NCBI GenBank assembly: GCA_025457865.1
Contig: JALOTP010000001.1
Coordinates: forward strand, 96,457-160,456
From: Thermoplasmatota archaeon
Lineage (GTDB): Archaea; Thermoplasmatota; Penumbrarchaeia; Penumbrarchaeales; Penumbrarchaeaceae
Direction: 5' to 3'
DNA length: 64,000 nucleotides
Shown: one piece after another, positions 37,069 through 45,657 of the stretch
Layout: the number at the start of each line of letters is the position of its first letter
Numbering within the stretch: the stretch's first letter is position 1
Made by a program: the position numbers and the translations under genes
The notes under the pieces: model-generated
The model's database searches: none
Told to the model about the DNA's origin: nothing
What the model saw: the letters and a program-made list of their open reading frames with translations, nothing else

Positions 37069-37797
37069 TCATTTCGAATGGGACAGTATCGAATCGAAAC
37101 CCCTGTTGACCCCCTCGAAGTACAGCCTTTCAGGTATCAACGGCCTCTTCAAGGCCTTTCTCGTCCTTTCCGTCAGTACTCCCTTTTCGCACATCTCCCT
37201 GCCCGCTCTCTTCATCGCTCTCAGGTACCTGTTCTTGAAGGGGGCTGCCAAGGGAGAAGGCATTGTCAGCATACCTCCCCCGCATAGATAGATCTCCTCA
37301 AGGACATCCGTATGCATGTTCCTGGCGATCCTCCTGAAGTGGTGGGAGACGACCTGGAAGTGGCTCCGCTCGGGGAAGCCGCAGTTGGAGATGATGACAA
37401 GGCGGGGGTAGCTCTCATACCTCCTCACATGCCTTGACTCGCCTTGGGGATCCCTTTCGAAGTGGGGGTCAAGTAGGGGTATGAGCCTGTCCAGGAAGTC
37501 CTTCATTAGTCCGGGGACATCGTCAACATAGAGCGGGAATGCCAAGACCGCAAGGTCTGCTGTGATGAGCTCCTTGGTCAGCTCCCGCATATCATCCTTT
37601 ATGACGCATCTGCCGGGGGTCCTCAACCAGCAGCCGAAGCATCCCTTGCAGTGGGAGATATCCTTCTCCGAGAGGACATGATGGACCACTTCCGCGTTCT
37701 TACCGGATGCTCCTTCCAGGAACGCTTCCACCAGGAGATATGTGGCAGAGCTACGGCCCTTTGGGCTACCGTTGAAGGCCGCTATCCTCATGGACAT
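37069..37797 (-). CDS. flavodoxin-like iron-sulfur flavoprotein / NADPH-dependent FMN reductase
   Basis: FNGSPK, CKGCFGCW....C..KDDM, PLY...PGLMK.FLDR. Confidence 0.9.
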   Translation of the reverse strand: MSMRIAAFNGSPKGRSSATYLLVEAFLEGASGKNAEVVHHVLSEKDISHCKGCFGCWLRTPGRCVIKDDMRELTKELITADLAVLAFPLYVDDVPGLMKDFLDRLIPLLDPHFERDPQGESRHVRRYESYPRLVIISNCGFPERSHFQVVSHHFRRIARNMHTDVLEEIYLCGGGMLTMPSPLAAPFKNRYLRAMKRAGREMCEKGVLTERTRKALKRPLIPERLYFEGVNRGFDSILSHSK

Positions 37798-37910
37798 CTT
37801 TTCCCCATGGGCATCTATGGATTTACCTTTATCCGCTCCATATCGACATACCCCAGGGGATTCCCAAATGGCATGAATTATAACAACATTTTTTTATATA
37901 TTCACATAGG

Positions 37911-40898
37911 TTGGCCTTGTTCATGGTAGCTTGCAGGACACTTGCGATATGGACGATGGCCATCCCACTCATCATGACCGGTATTGCCATCGGCGTTTCC
38001 CAAGTAGCTCTTGCCGATGAGATGCCGACAAGGGATATCACTGGAAAGACCGCAATTTCAGGAGGTCTTCTCCAGAGCGGCTCCTTCACAACGGTAGAGG
38101 TCTGGGACCACGATAAGGATGGAAAGGACGAGATGTACCTGGGGGGTGCGGGCAGGTCGAACCCGAAGACCCAGGGCATCCTTGCCTACGAGTTCAACAA
38201 TGCCACGAAGACCTGGGCAGCCTATGGTTCAGGGCTCCCCACCACAGGTTATTACGGGGCGCTGGGCCTGGGCGATGTGAACAAGGATGGATATTTGGAC
38301 ATAGCCGCTCCAGTTCCTACCATGTGGTATTCAGTGTCCACCAACGCGGTCTATGTCTATACCAGCAATTCCGCCGGGGCCTTCTCGCTCTCCCATACCT
38401 TCTCCCCGGGCAAGTCCACCAACGAAGCGGAGATCGGCGATATTGATGCAGATGGGAACATGGACATCGCGTGGACGTACTACGGTGGCCTCACCGTTCA
38501 GTTCGGCTCGGGGAGCGCGACATCATGGACGGAGTCCAGCCCCACGGCCGCAGGGAACGAGCTTGATGGCCTGGCCCTGGGCGACCTCAACAGGGACGGT
38601 AAGCTCGACATACTCAGCACACCTTACAGTAACAGTGCGATAAGGCTCTATGTGCAGGGTAATTCAAGGTCTTGGACAGAGGTCACTTTCAAGACGGTAA
38701 ATGTTGGTTTCGGCATCAAGATAGCGGACATCAACAATGATGGGAAGAACGATGTGGTCTATGGTACACGCTCCTCTGGTATCAAGGTATGGACTGGTGA
38801 CGGAGCAAGCTCCGTGGGGGGCACGACCTTCACCTGGACCGATAACTCCTCAGGTCTGCCCACAGGGAGCGGTGACTGGTCCCAGCTGGAGCTCGGTGAT
38901 GTCAACGAGGACGGGAAGCTTGATATAATCGCTTCATCGAACGGTCAGAACAGGACAAGGATATACCTGAACAATCAGCCCAACAGCTGGACAGAGCTGT
39001 TCTCCGCCTCCGCAGAGGGGCTATACATAGGCGGAAGCGCCTACGGCGGTAATTTCGGCGACTGGGACGGTGACGGCAGGCTCGATTGCGCCGGGTGTTC
39101 GTGGGGAGGCGGGGTGGATGCATGGCTGATCAATAGGCCAGGAACACCACCACCGCCCCCTATCAACAAAGCCCCGGTCCCCAAAGCTTCGAACGATATC
39201 ACGCTGCTCGTCGGCCAGACGGCGAACCTAAACGGTCTGGCTTCGACAGACCCCGAGGACGCACCGACAGGGGACCCAGCAGGCACCGTTCTGTCCTATG
39301 ACTGGAACATCACTTCCGTCCCGGCAGGTTCGTCCATCACCGATGCTTCGCTGACCCCTTCCGATAAGACCGCTTCCGTAAGCTTCGTTCCGGACAGGGT
39401 CGGGACGTACAATATATCGCTTGCTGTGAAGGATAAAAAGGACAAATGGAGCGCCCCCGGAGCGGAGGACTGGGTCATCGTCAAGGCCCTCAAGCCCAAC
39501 GAGCTTCCAGTGGCGAACGCAGGTCAGGACAAGAGCGCTTACAGGGGTGCGATGGTCCAAATGGACGGTTCTGCCAGCTATGACCCTGACGGCACCATTG
39601 GCACCTGGGAGTGGGTCTGCACCTCCTTCAACGTGGCGTTCTCCAATCCGAACAGCGCGAAGCCAACATTCATCGCAACCCATCTGGGTGAGCATACCAT
39701 CACTCTGAAGGTGAGGGACAACAATCTAACATGGTCCCCAATTGACACGGTCCTTGTCAACATCAGGGACCTGGGTCAGGACCTGCCCCCTATAGCCAAC
39801 GCCGGGACCGATGTCCTGGTGACCTTGGGGGACACCGTGACGCTGGACGGTTCGGGTTCCTTCGACCCTGACGGGTCCATTGTGACGTGGGAATGGACCT
39901 CCCTATCCCATCCTTCGCTCGTACTGTCCTCACCCAACAGCTCATCCCCGTCCTTCGTTCCTGCTGAGGTATCGACCTACGTCCTCAGCCTGAGGGTGAG
40001 GGATACCAATGGAACGTGGTCCGCTCCTGACGATGTTGTGGTGACCGTCGAGGCGCCGTACTTCAACGAAAGGCCCATTGCCGATGCCGGGTCGGACCTG
40101 GACCTCAAAGTAGGGGAAAAGGCAACGCTCGATGGAAGGTCCTCAAGCGATCCCAACGGCCAGGTGACGGAATACAACTGGACCTGCACCTCCCATACGT
40201 TGACGCTCCAGGAACCAAGGACCGCTAGGCCCTATTTCGTTCCGTCAGCGGTCGGGAACTACATCTTCGAGCTCAGGGTGATGGACGATGAGGACGCATG
40301 GTCCGGTCCGGACACGGTGATGGTCAAGGTGACAGCTAGACCGGTCACCGCATTCGATGCCACAATAGGTCCTTTCCAGTACAACGATTCCACCCCACTT
40401 GTCGGCGCCATCGTCACCATTGCGATGGCATCCGCATCAAGGACGGCGACCGTGGGTTCATCGGGGACGGTATCTTTCACCGCCCTGCTCATAGGGACGT
40501 ATTCGGTGGATGTCGTCCTGAACGGGACCAAGGTGATATCAGGGAAGCGTTTCGTACTAGGGTCCGATGGTATAGTGAGCTATCCGGACGGTCCTTTCCC
40601 TGCTGTCGTCAAGGTGGTGGTGCCTCCGGTGGACGACGATGACGAGCCTCCTGCTGACGACGATGATGATGGCTCCCCTATGGTCGGGATCATAATAGGG
40701 GCCGCATTGTTCATTCTGGTCATGATAGTGATCGGTGCCATTGCGGCCTTATTGGTGATCTCCCGCAGGAAGGAGGCCGAAGATGGGCCTAAGGTCAGGG
40801 AGAAAGGCATGAAGGAATGCCCGAAATGCAAAATGCCCATGCAGTTCAAAAATGACTTTAATAGGTACTACTGCCCATCATGCAAGGGGTACCGCTGA
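37911..40898 (+). CDS. FG-GAP/VCBS repeat + PKD surface protein with TM and C-terminal zinc finger
   Basis: GDVNKDG, GDLNRDG and ADINNDG repeats, four PVANAG..LDGS.S.DPDG units, TM, then CPKC...YYCPSC. Confidence 0.88.
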   Translation: MALFMVACRTLAIWTMAIPLIMTGIAIGVSQVALADEMPTRDITGKTAISGGLLQSGSFTTVEVWDHDKDGKDEMYLGGAGRSNPKTQGILAYEFNNATKTWAAYGSGLPTTGYYGALGLGDVNKDGYLDIAAPVPTMWYSVSTNAVYVYTSNSAGAFSLSHTFSPGKSTNEAEIGDIDADGNMDIAWTYYGGLTVQFGSGSATSWTESSPTAAGNELDGLALGDLNRDGKLDILSTPYSNSAIRLYVQGNSRSWTEVTFKTVNVGFGIKIADINNDGKNDVVYGTRSSGIKVWTGDGASSVGGTTFTWTDNSSGLPTGSGDWSQLELGDVNEDGKLDIIASSNGQNRTRIYLNNQPNSWTELFSASAEGLYIGGSAYGGNFGDWDGDGRLDCAGCSWGGGVDAWLINRPGTPPPPPINKAPVPKASNDITLLVGQTANLNGLASTDPEDAPTGDPAGTVLSYDWNITSVPAGSSITDASLTPSDKTASVSFVPDRVGTYNISLAVKDKKDKWSAPGAEDWVIVKALKPNELPVANAGQDKSAYRGAMVQMDGSASYDPDGTIGTWEWVCTSFNVAFSNPNSAKPTFIATHLGEHTITLKVRDNNLTWSPIDTVLVNIRDLGQDLPPIANAGTDVLVTLGDTVTLDGSGSFDPDGSIVTWEWTSLSHPSLVLSSPNSSSPSFVPAEVSTYVLSLRVRDTNGTWSAPDDVVVTVEAPYFNERPIADAGSDLDLKVGEKATLDGRSSSDPNGQVTEYNWTCTSHTLTLQEPRTARPYFVPSAVGNYIFELRVMDDEDAWSGPDTVMVKVTARPVTAFDATIGPFQYNDSTPLVGAIVTIAMASASRTATVGSSGTVSFTALLIGTYSVDVVLNGTKVISGKRFVLGSDGIVSYPDGPFPAVVKVVVPPVDDDDEPPADDDDDGSPMVGIIIGAALFILVMIVIGAIAALLVISRRKEAEDGPKVREKGMKECPKCKMPMQFKNDFNRYYCPSCKGYR

Positions 40899-41390
40899 AT
40901 GGAAAGCCGATCATCCAAGGGTAACGACAGGACCGGCATCAAGTGGCTCTCGGACACCTTCCCTCATTTACTGACCCTTGTCCTAGGGACCATAGTTATG
41001 GGACTTTGCAGATGGTGGCTCGCCCCCATATACCTGCTCATCTCGTTCCTTGGCCTCCTGTGGTTCCTGACCCATATCTGCCCCTACTGCGGAGCCTACG
41101 ATTCACCATCCTGCCCGAGCGGGTACGGGCTGCTCTCGGCAAGGTTGGTGGCAAGGAAGAAAGGCAGCTTCAGGAAGGCCTTCCTCACGAACATCTGGTC
41201 CGTGGCACTGGAATGGTTCATCCCATTGATCACTGGTATCGTGTTCCTGGTCATCTCCTTCGATTTGGTCCTTCTCGTCCTTTTAGGCCTCTTCGTAATC
41301 GTATCCTTTGTCGTTCTGCCTTTGACCACGAGGAAGAAGGGATGCGCGAATTGCCCCCAGAGAAAGAACTGCCCATGGCAGGGAAAGTGA
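40899..41390 (+). CDS. Cys-rich membrane protein
   Basis: About four TM segments with CPYC-x5-CP and CANCP..NCP motifs. Confidence 0.7.
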   Translation: MESRSSKGNDRTGIKWLSDTFPHLLTLVLGTIVMGLCRWWLAPIYLLISFLGLLWFLTHICPYCGAYDSPSCPSGYGLLSARLVARKKGSFRKAFLTNIWSVALEWFIPLITGIVFLVISFDLVLLVLLGLFVIVSFVVLPLTTRKKGCANCPQRKNCPWQGK

Positions 41391-41392
41391 TC

Positions 41393-43039
41393 TCAATCGT
41401 CCATATCGGTTGACAGGTACAGCATATAGGCCATGATGCCCATGGCCGTGGCCGTTTCCAGTGAAATGTTGGACCCTGTGAGCTCAAGGTGATGGGGGAC
41501 GGAGCGGAGCAACGAGGGAGGGAGCCCTCTCTTACCCAGGCCCATGATGAGGCAGACCCTCCCAGAGGGATGGGAAAGCGCCCTGTTCACAGCTCCCTTC
41601 ATGTCCAGGGCCTTCAGGTTGTCCGGGTGGGGTGTGGTGGCCACGGGAAGTCCAAGACCGCTCCAGACCGAGGGCGGTGCGTCCTTGCTGCAGGGGACGA
41701 GGACCATCCTGCCCTTCTCCGCAAGCATCCTGATGTACTTGCCCTCCTCTCCCACAGATGTCTCGTTCACGGAGAGGTCAGCGAGCCTCTTCATGTCATT
41801 GGTGGGGAAACCGATGAGGGCGAGGTCAAGGGAATAGGCCCAGCAGAGGGGAGCGGCCCTTGCAAGGGCCCTTAAGTGGACAGGACCGAGCCTGCCTTCG
41901 TAGGTATCGCATAATGCCAGGACATGGTTCTTCCTTCCAACGCTTTTCGGAGCGTTCTCTCGGGGAGCCGCTCCGGGCCCTGTCCCCTTCTCGAGCCCAA
42001 GGACCCTTTTTACCTTCCTTGAGGCCGCATCATCGCTTTCGGCCATTTCCTGGGCCTTCTGCGAGAGCTCATCCGCCCTTTTCCCATCGCCAAGCCTCCT
42101 GAAGGCATTGGAGCACGATGCAAGGACCTCCCCCCTCCTTTCCATAGGGACAAGGGACGTTCTCTCTAGAGCGCTCATCAGGACAGTATGGGCTCTTTCT
42201 CCCTCCCCGAGCCTGTCCATGGAATCGGATATCACGGAGAGCATCTTCACGGATACATAGGGGTCACCTTCGGAGGAAGCGATCTCCAGCAGATGGTCCA
42301 AGCACTCGACCGACGAGGCCTTCCTTGCCAGGTCATTGAAGGCCTGGAGGAGCTCCTGGTCCTTCAGTTCGGAAAGGAGCGATACCGCGCTCCGAAAGGT
42401 CCTCTTTGCCTCCTCGCCCCTGGATGCCTGGTCCAGCTGAAGGAAGAGGTAGGAGAATAACAAGGTCCTTGTCAGATCCCCCCTCCTTCTCTCCAGGGTC
42501 CTTTCCATGGCTTCCACAGTTTCGGGCGAAGGCCCCTTATCACGGAAAATTGCCTTGATCACCGACTTGCCGTTCTCCAGTTCGAAGCCCCTGTTATCGA
42601 GCGCCAGGACCAGCAGTTCCATGCCGAGGACAGCATCCGCGCTCTTGGCGCAGGCCTTGATCCCCTCCGATAGGCCGTGGCCTGATGGTATGGCCCTTAA
42701 CAGGTCCAAAGACCCCCTGGTCAGCTGGGCGTTCTTCCTTGGGTCTTCCGACCTGTTCGCCTGGTGGAGAATCTCACCCAATAGCTCGCCCCGCCTCCAC
42801 TCGGATGTGACGGAGGAGGCCTCCTTCAACGCCTCCTCGAGGATGTGCCCCGCACGGTCCTCATGCATGCTGCCCTTGAGACCTATCTCAACGAGGGCAA
42901 TGGAGCGATAATAAGGGTCCTTCATGGACCTGGCACTGCCGAGCAGCTCTTCCCCCTTCCGGCCGCGCTTAAGTTCCCTTGATATCGATCTGCAGTTCTG
43001 AGGGTCCCCCACGGAATTAGGCATAGAGGCCCCTATCAC
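41393..43039 (-). CDS. DUF531 (SPOUT-like) domain protein with N-terminal helical repeats
   Basis: DTYE...HLRALARAAPLC.AY..DLAL.GFP, ATTPHP, GLGKRGLP and ISLETATAMG. Confidence 0.8.
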   Translation of the reverse strand: MIGASMPNSVGDPQNCRSISRELKRGRKGEELLGSARSMKDPYYRSIALVEIGLKGSMHEDRAGHILEEALKEASSVTSEWRRGELLGEILHQANRSEDPRKNAQLTRGSLDLLRAIPSGHGLSEGIKACAKSADAVLGMELLVLALDNRGFELENGKSVIKAIFRDKGPSPETVEAMERTLERRRGDLTRTLLFSYLFLQLDQASRGEEAKRTFRSAVSLLSELKDQELLQAFNDLARKASSVECLDHLLEIASSEGDPYVSVKMLSVISDSMDRLGEGERAHTVLMSALERTSLVPMERRGEVLASCSNAFRRLGDGKRADELSQKAQEMAESDDAASRKVKRVLGLEKGTGPGAAPRENAPKSVGRKNHVLALCDTYEGRLGPVHLRALARAAPLCWAYSLDLALIGFPTNDMKRLADLSVNETSVGEEGKYIRMLAEKGRMVLVPCSKDAPPSVWSGLGLPVATTPHPDNLKALDMKGAVNRALSHPSGRVCLIMGLGKRGLPPSLLRSVPHHLELTGSNISLETATAMGIMAYMLYLSTDMDD

Positions 43040-43072
43040 CGTTCTCTCTATAAGCCTTGTGAGGGTGTAATC

Positions 43073-43774
43073 CTACACGTACATCGGACCAGGGCTGGGG
43101 CCGTTCTCTTTTTCGGCCTTTCCGTTCTTCTCAAGGAGGTCCATCATCTGCTTCAGGAATGTCTTTGCATCTGCCGGCTGGAGACCTGCCCTATCTGTCA
43201 GGAACTCGAGGATCTGCTCCTTGGACTCACCTGAGGCGAGCTTTTCCGCGACTATGGTCTTGTACTTGTTGACCATGAACTCCTCCATTTCCTTGGTCAG
43301 GTCCAGTATCTTTATGAGATTATGGGCACCCACGACAAGGAGGGTGAGGGCGTCGTTGAACTCCTGCTTGCTCAATGAATGGAGGTCGAGGTCCACCTGT
43401 ATGACGGGATTGTCATCGTAGCCGATCAGTCCTGCCTTCATGAGGTTCAGGTCGGTATTGAGGTGGAGGAGCTTCTTGTACAGCCTCATCCTCTCAGGTA
43501 CATCAAGGGCATCGGTCGGGATTATGGGGTTTATGACCAGGTTGGCATAGTGCTTGGTCACGACCACCTCTATGTTGAAAGGTATCTTCGGGTGGGTCGC
43601 CACTATAAGGTCGTTCTCGGTCCCCTCTACCTTCTTGACCTCCAGGTCCCATGGAATGTCCAGGAGGGATTCCGAATCTTCCTTCCCCTCCTTTAGCCAG
43701 TTGGAGAACATCTCCGTCCACTCGTTCATGGTCATCCGGTGCAAAACATGGTATTTATAGTTAAATGTATCCAC
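43073..43774 (-). CDS. hypothetical protein, YbjN/type III chaperone-like fold
   Basis: LYKKLLHLN...KAGL....VIQVDL....LSKQEF..AL pattern. The true start is probably an ATG at ~43729-43735. Confidence 0.6.
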   Translation of the reverse strand: MDTFNYKYHVLHRMTMNEWTEMFSNWLKEGKEDSESLLDIPWDLEVKKVEGTENDLIVATHPKIPFNIEVVVTKHYANLVINPIIPTDALDVPERMRLYKKLLHLNTDLNLMKAGLIGYDDNPVIQVDLDLHSLSKQEFNDALTLLVVGAHNLIKILDLTKEMEEFMVNKYKTIVAEKLASGESKEQILEFLTDRAGLQPADAKTFLKQMMDLLEKNGKAEKENGPSPGPMYV

Positions 43775-43801
43775 GGAAATGATAGGATGGGAGAAAGAAC
43801 G

Positions 43802-44359
43802 TCATTTCGGGACCAGGTCCGTGCTCAGAAGTGAAAAGGCAAGGGCATCGAAGTACTGCCCATCCTTCAAGTAGTGGTCCCTCAGCCTACCCTCGTACCT
43901 GAAATGGGCCTTCTCCAGGACCCGTTTTGACCGGTGGTTTGGTTCGAAGATATGCGCTTCCAGTTTGTGGAGCCTCAGGGGGCCGAATGCATAGTCCGCC
44001 AGGGCCGACAGCCCCTCAACAACGTACCCCTTTCCCCACAGGTCCTTGGCGAGCCAGTATCCTACCTTGGCCTTGTTATGATTCGGTTCAAAGCCCATAA
44101 GCCCTATGACGCCCGAAAGGGTCAAGGTATCTTTCGGAACGATCGCGAGGTTCAATGCGGTCCCTTCCATGAAGGACCTCTTGCTGTTCACGATGAAGCT
44201 CAAGGCGTCGTCCAATGAATAGGGGAACGGTATCATAAGGGTGTACATGACCATCTCACGTGACGATATGAGGTTCACTATCTCGGGTGCATCCTTCATT
44301 TCGAGAGGCCTTAGGCTGAGCCTCTCGGTCGTTATCGGCAGTGCAGGCCATACCCTCAT
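43802..44359 (-). CDS. RimJ/RimL-type GNAT N-acetyltransferase
   Basis: TERLSLRPL, VGYWL...WGKGY and N.RSKRVLEKA.F.YEG.LR. Confidence 0.92.
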   Translation of the reverse strand: MRVWPALPITTERLSLRPLEMKDAPEIVNLISSREMVMYTLMIPFPYSLDDALSFIVNSKRSFMEGTALNLAIVPKDTLTLSGVIGLMGFEPNHNKAKVGYWLAKDLWGKGYVVEGLSALADYAFGPLRLHKLEAHIFEPNHRSKRVLEKAHFRYEGRLRDHYLKDGQYFDALAFSLLSTDLVPK

Positions 44360-44514
44360 CCTTATCAGATGCTCCGGGGATCGAACGCATGTACACGAGG
44401 AGAGGTTCCATATTTAAGCCTTATATACTAACAACTGTTAAGGGGTGGCAAGACCTGTCTTCCCCAGGGTCCTTATGGAGACCTGGTGGGGACATCAGAA
44501 AATGGGGTGACCGT

Positions 44515-45057
44515 ATGGATATAAAAGTTGAGAACGTAGTTGCCTCCGGCTCCGCCGGTACAACGCTGGACCTTCAGAAGATATCGATGGCCCTTGATGA
44601 TGCCGAGTACGAACCCGAGAAGTTCCCTGGGCTCATCTACAAGCTCAAGGAGCCCAAGACCGCAATGCTCCTGTTCACGTCCGGGAAGCTCGTGTGCACC
44701 GGTGCCAAGAACATAGAGATGGTGAACGAAGCCGTCCGGATAGTCCTCAAGAACATAGAGAAGATAGGGATCAAGGTCGCAAAGAACCCTGAGATAAAGA
44801 TCCAGAACATTGTTGCCACAGCGGACCTGAAGAAGGAATTGAACCTCAACACCATAGCGATATCGCTGGGGCTCGAGAAGGTCGAGTACGAGCCCGAACA
44901 GTTCCCCGGACTCGTTTACAGGGTCGATAAGCCCAGGGTCGTCATGCTGCTCTTCGGTTCCGGCAAGATAGTCTGCACCGGCGCGAAGGAGATAAAGGAC
45001 ATAGACCTCGCGCTCCAGGAAGTCGTCAAAGAGCTTACCGATGCGAACCTGATATAA
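44515..45057 (+). CDS. tbp: TATA-box binding protein
   Basis: Two repeats of ENVVAS/QNIVAT...EYEPE.FPGL.Y...LLF.SGK.VCTGAK. GGGGTGA RBS before ATG 44515. Confidence 0.98.
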   Translation: MDIKVENVVASGSAGTTLDLQKISMALDDAEYEPEKFPGLIYKLKEPKTAMLLFTSGKLVCTGAKNIEMVNEAVRIVLKNIEKIGIKVAKNPEIKIQNIVATADLKKELNLNTIAISLGLEKVEYEPEQFPGLVYRVDKPRVVMLLFGSGKIVCTGAKEIKDIDLALQEVVKELTDANLI

Positions 45058-45184
45058 CTAAATAATGACGTATTTATAAAAATATTATATTAATTTAATT
45101 ATTACCTTCTGGTTATTTCCATTCATATCTCACATGGGCAGTTCTTTGTCCAGCTCCGGCAAAGGTAAAATTGTAGTGGACTTA

Positions 45185-45484
45185 CTAAAGGTTACTTGGA
45201 GTGATCACCTGACCGGCGCCCTGAGAACTCGTATCGTCGGGCGCTCGGTCTTTGATACCTAGTGTTGTGGCGATGGGGCTAGGAACCCCTTCCGGGTTCT
45301 TCTCTGGACCGAGGTGAGGCCTCGGACAGGACCGTGACCATAGCAGATCGATAAGGTCCTTGACGAAGGTCTCCAGGAGATGGTGGAGGAGGAAGAGGAG
45401 GAGAGCTGGGAAGATTGATAGGAATAGTGACATAAGGACCGATAGGATGGCCCCTTCTCTATGTATGTGTCTTAGGACGACCAT
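45185..45484 (-). CDS. small hypothetical membrane protein
   Basis: One hydrophobic segment and it fills an otherwise empty gap. No recognisable family. Confidence 0.35.
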   Translation of the reverse strand: MVVLRHIHREGAILSVLMSLFLSIFPALLLFLLHHLLETFVKDLIDLLWSRSCPRPHLGPEKNPEGVPSPIATTLGIKDRAPDDTSSQGAGQVITPSNL

Positions 45485-45657
45485 GGATAAAATCTGCCTG
45501 ATAGGAAGTATTAAAGTCGCCTTCCTCCAATGAAGGGTATAGGACAGTCTATCCCGATCAGCAACTAGAGGCTCACGGATCTCATAGGTTTTGGTACGAC
45601 ATGAGGTTCCATTGAATGGGAATAGACAGTTCTTAAGGCGATTACCGGAGGGATACG

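Noticed and set aside
44341-44514. 58-aa N-terminal extension of TBP in the ORF track
   Set aside because: It overlaps the divergent GNAT start and the promoter region. The SD-preceded ATG at 44515 gives a normal TBP. Extensions on larB, eno, prs and the addA-like gene were trimmed for similar reasons.
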